Source: Octopus bimaculoides
Lineage: Eukaryota
Assembly: GCF_001194135.2 (NCBI RefSeq)
Contig: NC_068994.1
Location: 41,953,774 to 41,985,810 of the forward strand
Direction of reading: 5' to 3'
DNA length: 32,037 nt
Under the pieces are notes generated by a model. That model was given only the letters and a program-made list of their open reading frames with translations. It was not told where the DNA came from and searched no databases. The position numbers and the translations under genes were made by a program. Shown in pieces: positions 1-11,558 of the stretch; the first letter of the stretch is position 1, and each line of letters opens with the position of its first letter.

Positions 1-376
1 CAGTGATAGTTGTAGTGATCGTAGTAGTAGTAGTGGCGGTAGTTCTAGTGGTGGCGGTAGCGTCAGCATCAGTAGCAGCAGCAGCAGCAGCAGCAGTAGC
101 AGCAGTAGTAGTAGTAGTAGTAGTAGTAGTAGCAGTAGTAGTAGTAGTAGTAGTAGTGATAGTGCTGGTGGTGGTAGTAGTAGTAGTAGTAATAGTGATA
201 GTGCTGGTGGTGGTAGTAGTAGTAGTAGTAGTGGTTTTAGTTCTAGTGGTGGTGGTGGGGGTGGTAGTAGTAGTAGTTGTAGTCGTAGTAGTAGTTGTAG
301 TAGTAGTAACAGTAGTAGTGATAGTTGTAGTGATCATAGTAGTAATAGTAGCTGTAGTTCTAGTGGTGGTGGTGGT

Positions 377-428
<52 letters not shown>
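1..428. repeat. Compound trinucleotide microsatellite (GTA)n/(GCA)n/(GTG)n
   Basis: Directly visible. The 148-aa poly-Val/Ala ORF 3..449 is only its translation. Confidence 0.97.
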
Positions 429-429
<1 letters not shown>

Positions 430-707
430 ATTTCCTCTCCCTTCCTTGACCCATACAGGCTTAGACAGCACATTCAAAAGTGCCACTGCATAAAAGTCCT
501 GTCTCAAAGTGGACTGTCCAGCTCAACCCTTCTCCCCAGCTATGCTACATCTTATCATTAAGTGTTTAGTAGTGATCAGACTGATTCATCTAATCTTAAA
601 ATCTACAAATAAACGTTCAAAAGTGTCCTTTTTTCATGAAAGCAAAGCTCAATTAATTTGAGAGTGATTTGAATACTATTTCTAACAAGGTGATTGACCA
701 TCTAGAG

Positions 708-957
708 CAGTGGGTTTCAATCGATTTTGCCTATGGACCCTTTTGATTCCTATTTTACTGAACTGGACCCTTGTAGCCATTCAATGCTTTAAGAAGTCCC
801 ATTATATTTTTATAATTAAATATTATTCGGAATTGTATAAAAAAAAATTGTTAGAATATTTTGTGAATTGTAGAAATATAACAAATTTATTGCAGATAAA
901 TTTCATCAGTAAAATCTTATACAGACCCCAATAGAGACCCCGTTTGAGCACCAACTG
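708..957. mobile_element. hAT-type (Charlie-like) MITE, copy 1
   Basis: Degenerate TIRs CAGTGGGTTTCAA (708) and TTTGAGCACCAACTG (943-957). Perfect 8-bp TSD ATCTAGAG at 700-707 and 958-965, matching the nTCTAGAn target preference of Charlie-type hATs. Shares CTATGGACCCTTTTGATT.CTATTTTA with the reverse complement of copy 2. Confidence 0.85.
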
Positions 958-1009
958 ATCTAGAGGCCACCTCATTCTTGATGATGTTAATGTTGACCCT
1001 GCTGTTACT

Positions 1010-1862
1010 TAGCTTGACAATTCCTACACAGTTGTGAGTGTTGAGGGAGAAATGGCTGCTGTTTCTAGGTAGTAAGTGATCACACAGAGTAGCTTCAGAC
1101 TGGATTTCTTTTGCTTGTTATTCTAATTGATGTGGTTATAGTTCTTGCTGTAGTTACTGTTGTTATTGTTGTTGTATATCTAAGATGGTGGAGGCGCAAT
1201 GGTCCAGTGGTTAGGGCAGCGGACTCGTGGTCATAGGATTGCGGTTTCGATTCCCAGACCGGGCGTTGTGAGTGTTTATTGAGCGAAAACACCTAAAGCT
1301 CCACGAGGCTCCGGTAGGGGATGGTGGTGAACCCTGCTGTACTCTTTCACTACAACTTTCTCTCACTCTTTCTTTCTGTTTCTGTTGTACCTGTAATTCA
1401 AAGGGTCAGCCTTGTCACAGTGTGTCACGCTGAATATCCCCGAGAACTACATTAAGGGTACACGTGTCTGTGGAGTGCTCAGCCACTTGCACGTTAATTT
1501 CACGAGCAGGCTGTTCCGTTGATCGGATCAACTGGAACCCTCGACGTCGTAAGCGATGGAGTGCCAACATACAACATCTAAGATCCTACAGTCTTTGAGG
1601 GAGAATTAGCTGCTAGTTCCTGGATACTCAGTCATCACATAGAGGTGCTTTTCATCGGGTTTGATTTACTTCTCATTCTAATAGATGTCATTGTGGTTGT
1701 TAAATAGCTTGACAATTCCAAAATTAACTCATTGCATAATGAGGGAAAATTAGCTGCTCTTTCTGTAAAGCTCTCCCTCGTACAGTTTGGTTTTCTTGGC
1801 AATCTTGTTGATATTGTAACTTTTACTCTAGCAGCTACTGCTGTTGTTGTTGTTGTTACCGT
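1010..1862. repeat. Three decayed tandem copies of a 130-180 bp unit, interrupted by a SINE
   Basis: Core TGAGGGARAAWTRGCTGCT at about 1042, 1596 and 1740. AGCTTGACAATTCC at about 1011 and 1707. Each unit ends in a GTT-rich tract. Confidence 0.65.
1187..1575 (+). mobile_element. Full-length tRNA-derived SINE (family A here)
   Basis: A-box-like TGGTCCAGTGG, B-box-like GGTTTCGATTCC, a body of about 300 bp, a CAA-type tail, and a 9-bp TSD ATCTAAGAT at 1178-1186 and 1576-1584. Confidence 0.9.
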
Positions 1863-3264
1863 TATAAAATATATACATATATATATATATATCTTGAAGA
1901 TTCCTTCATAGGTCTTTGAATATCCATTGTTTGTGCTTCTTTCGAAAGAGCATGATATTGTTGTTGAAGATGTCTGAAAGAAATAAGAGTGGGGAAACAT
2001 TTGTAAAGAGCACATCATCTGAAGCTTTCTAAGTAGTGAGAAATCTCTCCCTTTCGTTCTCTCTCTCTCTCTCTTCCTCACTTACTCTCTGTCTTACTCT
2101 TTCTTTCTTTCTTCCTTTCTTTCTAGTTTGGAAGATGAATGAAGAAAAAAGCTGTCCATCAACAATCATGTCAGTCTCATTCAGCTATGTTATATCCTCT
2201 TTATTTACACAGATTTTCATTTGGTTATTTTATCTACCATTTCCATTTCTCTCTCTCTCTCTCTCTCTCTCCCCTATTTCTCTCTCTTTCTCTCCCTTCC
2301 TCTCCTTTTCTCTTTCTCCCACAAGCATGCAAGCATATATATATAGTGAATGATACAGAGTTGCTCTCAAATATATTTATAACAAAATGCCTATACATAT
2401 GCAATACTCCCACACAAACAAACACATAAAAATGAAAAAGAAAATAAAAATGCAAATATCAAATTATATTTTTAAAAAATGGCAAAAAGTAAGACAAAAA
2501 AAAGACCTCAACATAGAAGAGACACAGAGACAGACAGATAGCCTGAATATGGTTTCTTGGTATCTTACAATATACAAACAAAAATGTGCCTTCCATTCAA
2601 ATATTTAAAAAGAAACTGGCAGAGTCTTGCAGACTCACTCACACACACTCACAGGCACACTAGCATACACACATACACACTACAAACACTCAACACTGTA
2701 GACTATGAACATACAATATATATATATTTATATATGTATATGAATATATAGCTATATATTTATTTATATATATGTGTGTATATGTATATATGTGTGTGTG
2801 GGTATATATATATATATATATATNNNNNNNNNNNNNNNNNNNNNNNNNNNNNNNNNNNNNNNNNNNNNNNNNNNNNNNNNNNNNNNNNNNNNNNNNNNNN
2901 NNNNNNNNNNNNNNNNNNNNNNNNNNNNNNNNNNNNNNNNNNNNNNNNNNNNNNNNNNNNNNNNNNNNNNNNNNNNNNNNNNNNNNNNNNNNNNNNNNNN
3001 NNNNNNNNNNNNNNNNNNNNNNNNNNNNNNNNNNNNNNNNNNNNNNNNNNNNNNNNNNNNNNNNNNNNNNNNNNNNNNNNNNNNNNNNNNNNNNNNNNNN
3101 NNNNNNNNNNNNNNNNNNNNNNNNNNNNNNNNNNNNNNNNNNNNNNNNNNNNNNNNNNNNNNNNNNNNNNNNNNNNNNNNNNNNNNNNNNNNNNNNNNNN
3201 NNNNNNNNNNNNNNNNNNNNNNNNNNNNNNNNNNNNNNNNNNNNNNNNNNNNNNNNNNNNNNNN

Positions 3265-3301
<37 letters not shown>

Positions 3302-4615
3302 TATACAAATATATAAACATACAAAGAAATATAAGGCAAAACAAATACAAAGAATAGAGAACAGAAACAGAAACAGAAAATATGAAGAAATAACACACAA
3401 AAAAACATAAATAAATGAATAAAAATATAAAAAAAAAGTATATTTCCTGCTTATATTGATTTTTTTTTTCTGTTCACATCTAGCTTATTAAAGCTAAAGA
3501 AAAATGTCATTTACTTACAAAATAACATGCCAGCTGTGAATATAAGTATATGCAAATGTTTCCTGATTATAGAATAGATGCTTATTGATTTTGTAGGTCC
3601 ATGGAACACCATAGCTTGGAAATTTCTCTTCTTCTCTCTTGCTACTGGTGCTGCTGGTGCTGCTGGTGCTGCTGCTGCTGCCACTGCTGCCGCTGCTGCT
3701 CTTCTCTTTCAGTTTCTTGTTGTAGTGACTCTTCCTTACACAAGCACACATACACTCACACTTATACGCATACGTTCATAATAGCACACATATACAAGCA
3801 TATACACATATGCACATAAACACACACTTAGGCAAACACATATATGGCGCCACTGGCACCACCGCCACTACCACGACCACCACCACAATCACACATTTCT
3901 GTTTATTTCTATTTATATATCTTCTCTTTTCCTGCCCTCTCTATTACTCTGTTACTGTGTTTCATACTTTCTTTTGCCCTCCCTCTCGCTTTTTCTGCCT
4001 GTCTGTCTGTCTGTCTCTCTTATTCTCTCTTTCTCTCTCCCTCATTCTCTTTTTCTCTGCTATCTATCTATCTAACTTCTCCCTCACCCCCTCTCTCTCT
4101 CTCTCTCTGGTAGCTGTAATTGTTAGTGTTTGTTCTTAGAAGTTGGAGCTTCAACTTCTTGTAATGACTTTTTCATGCTCTTTGAGATATATATNNNNNN
4201 NNNNNNNNNNNNNNNNNNNNNNNNNNNNNNNNNNNNNNNNNNNNNNNNNNNNNNNNNNNNNNNNNNNNNNNNNNNNNNNNNNNNNNNNNNNNNNNNNNNN
4301 NNNNNNNNNNNNNNNNNNNNNNNNNNNNNNNNNNNNNNNNNNNNNNNNNNNNNNNNNNNNNNNNNNNNNNNNNNNNNNNNNNNNNNNNNNNNNNNNNNNN
4401 NNNNNNNNNNNNNNNNNNNNNNNNNNNNNNNNNNNNNNNNNNNNNNNNNNNNNNNNNNNNNNNNNNNNNNNNNNNNNNNNNNNNNNNNNNNNNNNNNNNN
4501 NNNNNNNNNNNNNNNNNNNNNNNNNNNNNNNNNNNNNNNNNNNNNNNNNNNNNNNNNNNNNNNNNNNNNNNNNNNNNNNNNNNNNNNNNNNNNNNNNNNN
4601 NNNNNNNNNNNNNNT

Positions 4616-4649
<34 letters not shown>

Positions 4650-4959
4650 TATGTGTCTGAGTGTGTGTGTCTCTCTTTTCTCTCTCTCTCTCTCTCTCTT
4701 CCATAGTTCTCTCTTGCTCACTTCTTCCCTAATGGCTGTTATTATTCTTGTTGCTATTGAACCCCCATCTAAGTGTAGATTCAACACACATACCTTTGAT
4801 CAAAAACATTCTAGCTAAGACCATCCCATCTTTATTTAAAATATTATGGGTGTTCATAATTTTGTAATAATTGGTTGTTGATTTAAGGGAGATTTGGCAA
4901 GTATTTCTAGCTTTTCACTGACCACATTGAGACACCCTGGTGTTGCTATTTGCAGTTAT

Positions 4960-5321
4960 TACTGATGTTGTGGTTGTTGTTGCTGTTCTACTCTTCTCTT
5001 CCATCAGTGATCAACACTACCCAAAAAATAATGTCACTGCCATTACCACCACCACCACCACCACCACCACTGCTGCCCTCGCCAGGGTGGAACCTCCAAC
5101 ATCATCATCATCACCACAACCACCAACTTAATCATCACATTCACTACTACCATTACTGTCACCGCCTGCCGCCACTAGCTCCACTGTTAGTGCCACTGCT
5201 GCCAGTGCCATAACCACCACCACCACCACCACAACAACAACAACAACAACAACAACACCAAGAACATAGGCACCCATCATCAAAACCAACGTCTTCTACA
5301 ACCGTCACCTGTACCACAATT

Positions 5322-5368
<47 letters not shown>

Positions 5369-5840
5369 GTTGACCAACATGCCAAATCAGGTGCCAACCT
5401 CAACTACCCTCGACACCTCCATCATCATCACCACCACAACCACCGCCACCATCATCTCCGTCACCACTACCATAATCTCTACCATCCCAAATACTCACCA
5501 GCGTTGTCATCACCATTACCACCACTACTGACATCATCACTATCATCATCATCATCATCATCATCGTCATCACTATTACCACTATTATTTGTATCACCAT
5601 TATCACTGTAATCACCACATTCACCACTACCACCGCCACCACCATCATCGTCACAACAACCACCACCGCAACAATCATCATAACCACCATCTCTACCACT
5701 AACAAAACCATCACCACTGCCATCCACCCTTCCCCCTCACTACACCAATTGTTTTAACCACCCACATCACCTTCACCACTAGCACTACCACTGCTGTTAT
5801 TGGCACCCACCACCACCACCACTATCATCACCCTGCTACT
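4960..5840. repeat. Mosaic trinucleotide low-complexity array (CAC/CAT/CAA/TAC)
   Basis: Pure runs such as (CAT)n 5322-5367 and (CAA)n 5232-5254 within degenerate C/A-rich triplets. The ORFs here are homopolymeric artefacts. Confidence 0.93.
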
Positions 5841-5908
5841 ATAATCAACTCTTTCAAACATTGTCACTACACAACCATCTCGCTGTACCATGTAATTTTA
5901 AGGCAAAG

Positions 5909-5940
<32 letters not shown>

Positions 5941-6276
5941 NNNNNNNNNNNNNNNNNNNNNNNNNNNNNNNNNNNNNNNNNNNNNNNNNNNNNNNNNNNN
6001 NNNNNNNNNNNNNATATGTATGGGGGGGGAGAAGGAAGAGGATGAGAGGAACTGTGGGAGATCTTTCAACAATGATATTGCAACACCATAAATAAATAAG
6101 AAACAGAATAGAAAAAGACAAAAATGAAATAGACTTTAAACACACAGACAGACAGACATACATACACACACACCCATAATATATATGTACATTCACACAT
6201 ATACATAGCTGTATATGTACGCGCATACATGTTTGTATACATACACTCACGCACATGCATATATATTTATATTATT

Positions 6277-6420
6277 CCGTTAGATAAACGATAAACGGTT
6301 ATATGACGGCTGAGAACGAGGTGAGTAAAATGGCGGCTGCTTGGCGCAAATGGATAGACTGTCGACGTCTATTGAAACCATCCACCATTTCTAAAAGTCG
6401 TGTGCGAGTATGTGTGTGCG
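6277..6420 (+). promoter_or_regulatory. Candidate promoter / first exon: CpG cluster, YY1-like motif, splice donor
   Basis: About 12 CpGs in 145 bp against a CpG-poor background. AAAATGGCGGC at 6327-6337. GAG|GTGAGT donor with GT at 6321. ATG at 6303 gives MTAENE before the donor. Confidence 0.45.
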
Positions 6421-6742
6421 CTTATGTGTTTGTAATGTATGTATGCTTGCATGTATATATATATGTGTGTGCGTGTGTGTGGTGTATGTATCGTGGAGAG
6501 AGCGATACCTGAACTTTTTTCTATTCGTATTTCATTTTATTATAATGTTCTTTTCTTTTTCACAACAATGTGAATATCAAGCAAGCAAAAAAAAATAAAT
6601 AAATAAAAAAATAAAAAGAGGGAAAAAGAATGCTGCTATTACAATCACCGTCTCCGCCGCTACGTCGCTGCCATCACTGGCACTATTGCAATCACGCTCA
6701 CCACCATATCACCACTACCAACACAACTACCTTCTTCACCGC

Positions 6743-6751
6743 CATAACAAT

Positions 6752-6787
<36 letters not shown>

Positions 6788-6789
6788 CA

Positions 6790-6850
<61 letters not shown>

Positions 6851-6866
6851 AACTACTACTACTACT
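6743..6866. repeat. (TAC)n microsatellite running into a gap
   Basis: Directly visible. Confidence 0.97.
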
Positions 6867-7425
6867 NNNNNNNNNNNNNNNNNNNNNNNNNNNNNNNNNN
6901 NNNNNNNNNNNNNNNNNNNNNNNNNNNNNNNNNNNNNNNNNNNNNNNNNNNNNNNNNNNNNNNNNNTTGTATACATGTATAAATATGTTTATATATATGC
7001 ATATATATATATATATATGTTTATATGTATATACATACATATATAATATGTGTATATTTATACATATGTATCTGTATGTAAATATATATATGTATATATA
7101 TATATATATATACACACGCACATATATATATATATACATATATACATGCAAACATACATACCATTGCAAATAGAAGGAAAAATAGAAAGACAAAAACAAC
7201 GGCAACAACAATAACAACAACAAAAACAACACCTACATCAACACCAACAATACACAAATAAACACAAAAAAAAAATAAAAAGCCAAAAAAAGAAAGAAAA
7301 AACTACAAAAACAAACCCAAGAAGCAAACACACTAATCTATAAGCTTTGTGAAAACATATTGGCTGGGAGATATTAATTTTGTAGCATGAAGTCTTATGT
7401 TTGTTTTTAACTAAAGTATAAACAG

Positions 7426-7524
7426 CATCTCTCATACACTGCTTCCACCCATCGCTCTCATCAAATAGCGTATATTTTTATAACATTGGGAAATTATTGC
7501 CCATCGAGATGCGATGTGGGGGAG
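7426..7524 (+). CDS. Candidate internal exon (99 nt) of an unidentified gene
   Basis: Acceptor TTTGTTTTTAACTAAAGTATAAACAG and donor GAG|GTAAAT. Two frames are open: xSLIHCFHPSLSSNSVYFYNIGKLLPIEMRCGG or HLSYTASTHRSHQIAYIFITLGNYCPSRCDVGE. No homolog recognised. Confidence 0.3.
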
Positions 7525-8067
7525 GTAAATACAGAAGGAATGGAACTAGAATACCAATTTTCAATGATCAGAACTATAATAATATCTTGATAACTCCAAG
7601 AATGTAAGTGTATGTGTTTATGTGTGTGTATGTATACACGCAAACATGTATACACACACACACACATATATATATGTATATATAATATATATTTATATAT
7701 ATATTTATATATATATATATATATATANNNNNNNNNNNNNNNNNNNNNNNNNNNNNNNNNNNNNNNNNNNNNNNNNNNNNNNNNNNNNNNNNNNNNNNNN
7801 NNNNNNNNNNNNNNNNNNNNNNNNNNNNNNNNNNNNNNNNNNNNNNNNNNNNNNNNNNNNNNNNNNNNNNNNNNNNNNNNNNNNNNNNNNNNNNNNNNNN
7901 NNNNNNNNNNNNNNNNNNNNNNNNNNNNNNNNNNNNNNNNNNNNNNNNNNNNNNNNNNNNNNNNNNNNNNNNNNNNNNNNNNNNNNNNNNNNNNNNNNNN
8001 NNNNNNNNNNNNNNNNNNNNNNNNNNNNNNNNNNNNNNNNNNNNNNNNNNNNNNNNNNNNNNNNNNN

Positions 8068-8102
<35 letters not shown>

Positions 8103-8638
8103 TATAATATAAAGTTACTCTTTTCTCTCTATTTCTTCCTATGTTACTGTCTCTTATGTTTTTCCGGATATGTATGTGTATATATATATATTTAAAGATA
8201 TACATATACTAATAGATCTCTGTGTGTGTAGAACGTATATTACATAGATAGATATACAGGCAGGCAGACAGACAGATAGAGAGAGAGAGATAAAGAAAGG
8301 AAGAAAGAGACAAACAGATTATATAGATATTGTCCTCTAGTTTGTAAATCTGCTATTGGTTGAGAGCATCAGAGATATACTGGTCCTAACAAACATTTCA
8401 AAAACCATATATTTATTGTTGGAAAGACAAAAGAAAAATTTAATTTGCAAAAAGCCACATATATATTTGTATATGCATTGAACTTATTATCGCAATCAAA
8501 TAATAATATTTTTGCACAAAATGCTGCATTGGGAGACCCTTTTGTGTATTGGGTCTACTTTGATATTTGTGTGAGTTTATTTCTATTATTATAGATATTT
8601 TTTCTTATTTATTTTGTTTTATTTTTTTTTATTTACAG

Positions 8639-8694
8639 CTTTCACAAAATTGTTTTATGAAGAGAGGGTTATTATTTCCTATCAACACCTTTAT
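8639..8694 (+). CDS. Candidate internal exon (56 nt)
   Basis: Very strong acceptor (long T tract then TTTACAG) and consensus donor GTAAGT at 8695. Reads (A)FTKLFYEERVIISYQHLY or LSQNCFMKRGLLFPINTF; may be non-coding. Confidence 0.45.
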
Positions 8695-9473
8695 GTAAGT
8701 TTCTCTCTCTCTCTCTCTCTCTATCCCTCTCTCTCTCTCTCACTCTCTCATTCTCACTCTCTCTCTCTCTCTCTCTCTCACTCTGTCTCTACCTCACATA
8801 CCCTTTCCCTCACCTTTGCAAACACGCACTCTAGCACATACACACACACACACACACACATATTTACAATTCACACAATGCTTCACTCTAACTATTCTAT
8901 TTTAATATATATATATNNNNNNNNNNNNNNNNNNNNNNNNNNNNNNNNNNNNNNNNNNNNNNNNNNNNNNNNNNNNNNNNNNNNNNNNNNNNNNNNNNNN
9001 NNNNNNNNNNNNNNNNNNNNNNNNNNNNNNNNNNNNNNNNNNNNNNNNNNNNNNNNNNNNNNNNNNNNNNNNNNNNNNNNNNNNNNNNNNNNNNNNNNNN
9101 NNNNNNNNNNNNNNNNNNNNNNNNNNNNNNNNNNNNNNNNNNNNNNNNNNNNNNNNNNNNNNNNNNNNNNNNNNNNNNNNNNNNNNNNNNNNNNNNNNNN
9201 NNNNNNNNNNNNNNNNNNNNNNNNNNNNNNNNNNNNNNNNNNNNNNNNNNNNNNNNNNNNNNNNNNNNNNNNNNNNNNNNNNNNNNNNNNNNNNNNNNNN
9301 NNNNNNNNNNNNNNNNNNNNNNNNNNNNNNNNNNNNNNNNNNNNNNNNNNNNNNNNNNNNNNNNNNNNNNNNNNNNNNNNNNNNNNNNNNNNNNNNNNNN
9401 NNNNNNNNNNNNNNNNNNNNNNNNNNNNNNNNNNNNNNNNNNNNNNNNNNNNNNNNNNNNNNNNNNNNNNNNN

Positions 9474-9508
<35 letters not shown>

Positions 9509-9644
9509 GTACTAATATATAATATATATATACATTATATACATATATGTACATATCATACATATATGTGTGCGTGTGTGTGTGTGTGTGTGTATATACA
9601 TGTACGTTTGTGCATGTGTGTGTGGTGTTCCTTGGTTGCAAATC

Positions 9645-10050
9645 ATGGATATTTTGCGAAAGCTGGAAAGAAATAAGGTGAGCATGCTCCAATGGATGTG
9701 TAATATTTATGTGCATGAATGACGGGGCACAAATGAGCTGAAAGAAAAACTGGGTATAAGAGGAATTAGATTTAGTGTGCAATGGCAGAAAACTGAGTTG
9801 CTACGGACACACGATGCATATGGAGGTTGACAGATGGGTAAAAATCTGCCAAGTGACCGAAGTGGAAGGAACCTGTGGAAGAGGAAGTCTAAAGAAGGGG
9901 AAGACATGTGAAGAAGTGTTCGAAAGCTGATCTGAAAATACTGAATCTGACAAAGAATATGACCAAAGACTTCAGTAATTGGTGAGACGATTTGCGGAAG
10001 AAAAACACGTTAAACCCATGCATGCATGACAAAATGGATGCAAGAGCGTT
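9645..10050 (+). mobile_element. RTE-clade LINE 3' fragment (decayed ORF2 C-terminus and 3' end)
   Basis: Translates with stops and frameshifts as MDILRKLERNKVSMLQWMCNIYVHE*RGTNELKEKLGIRGI..CYGHTMHMEVDRWVKICQVTEVEGTCGRGS, matching the RTE C-terminal LRW.GH..RM and GR..RGRP region. Ends in AACCCATGCATGCATGAC. Confidence 0.8.
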
Positions 10051-10059
10051 TCTTGTGAT

Positions 10060-10092
10060 ATATAGATATGTATATAAGTACATAGCTATCTC

Positions 10093-10180
<88 letters not shown>

Positions 10181-10543
10181 TATATACATATGCATATGTA
10201 TACATATATGTGTGTATATATATATACATATATATACAACCAGACATTCATATATATAAATATATACATATATATATTTGTATATATTTATATGTATGTA
10301 TATATATATATATACATATATATACATATGCATAGATATGTGTATATATGTATATATATACATATATATATACACATATGTACATAGTATATTCGTATAT
10401 GTATATGTACATATATATATATGTATATATATACAAATATATATGTATATGTGTATATATATATACACACACCTACCTACACATGTATAATTACATAAAT
10501 ATATATATACATATACATACACACACATTCATATATATACATA
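10060..10543. repeat. (TA)n with degenerate TACA/TATG derivatives
   Basis: Directly visible. Source of the many YI-repeat ORFs. Confidence 0.97.
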
Positions 10544-11145
10544 NNNNNNNNNNNNNNNNNNNNNNNNNNNNNNNNNNNNNNNNNNNNNNNNNNNNNNNNN
10601 NNNNNNNNNNNNNNNNNNNNNNNNNNNNNNNNNNNNNNNNNNNNNNNNNNNNNNNNNNNNNNNNNNNNNNNNNNNNNNNNNNNNNNNNNNNNNNNNNNNN
10701 NNNNNNNNNNNNNNNNNNNNNNNNNNNNNNNNNNNNNNNNNNNNNNNNNNNNNNNNNNNNNNNNNNNNNNNNNNNNNNNNNNNNNNNNNNNNNNNNNNNN
10801 NNNNNNNNNNNNNNNNNNNNNNNNNNNNNNNNNNNNNNNNNNNNNNNNNNNNNNNNNNNNNNNNNNNNNNNNNNNNNNNNNNNNNNNNNNNNNNNNNNNN
10901 NNNNNNNNNNNNNNNNNNNNNNNNNNNNNNNNNNNNNNNNNNNNNNNNNTTTTTTTTTTTTTTTGGTTTACGAAACAAATCGCCAAATACAAAAGCAAGA
11001 ACATGCTATCTTAAAGATAGAATATTTGACTATACCATCAGTTTATGTCATTAATGCATGTTTATGGTTAAAATGTATACATACACACACATATATGTAT
11101 GCATTATGTGTGTATGTGTGCGTTATAATTTTGTTTTACTTCTAG

Positions 11146-11223
11146 ATTCCTTATAAATGGACACAGCAGGTTTCCACCCTAGACCCAAGGCTTCTTCATT
11201 GGAATTTCAGCAACATTAATAGG
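11146..11223 (+). CDS. Candidate internal exon (78 nt)
   Basis: Acceptor TTTTGTTTTACTTCTAG and weak donor AGG|GTAGTT. Phase-0 frame IPYKWTQQVSTLDPRLLHWNFSNINR is open and in phase with the 8639-8694 candidate. Confidence 0.3.
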
Positions 11224-11558
11224 GTAGTTGTACATGTATGTGTGTATACGTGTGTATATGTGCAAGTATTTGGACTCCATGCATGTGCAGTTCTGTATGT
11301 TTTGTTTCATGTATGTATACTCATACACATAGGTTAATGTACAGACATGTGCATATGTGCATATGTGGTAGTATCAAAAAATCCCCAGACTAGTTCTGCA
11401 GCATGCCAACAGACGGTAGCACATTGTTGTATGCACAGTGAAAGTTAGAAATGACCTTCATGAGGTAGTGTGCTGAGTGACATTGCTGTGTTTACTACAC
11501 AAGTTTTGAAATTTGTGTTTTTGTGATCACGTGTATGCTGTAGTCTGTGATTTTTGTC

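Noticed and set aside
3-449. 148-aa ORF and all poly-V/Y/I/H/T or X-filled ORFs in the track
   Set aside because: They are translations of microsatellites or N-gaps.
1890-1975. Minus-strand exon after the strong acceptor CTCTTATTTCTTTCAG
   Set aside because: No donor before the (TA)n, ambiguous frame and no recognised homology.
3515-3781. GCT-rich ORFs and the strong + acceptor at 3596
   Set aside because: Low-complexity triplets, no good donor, and the Gln-rich minus frame has a stop.
8364-8570. Open frame ending ..LGDPFVYWVYFDIC|GTGAGT
   Set aside because: The donor is good, but there is an in-frame stop at 8361 and no convincing acceptor. Left unresolved; check with RNA-seq.
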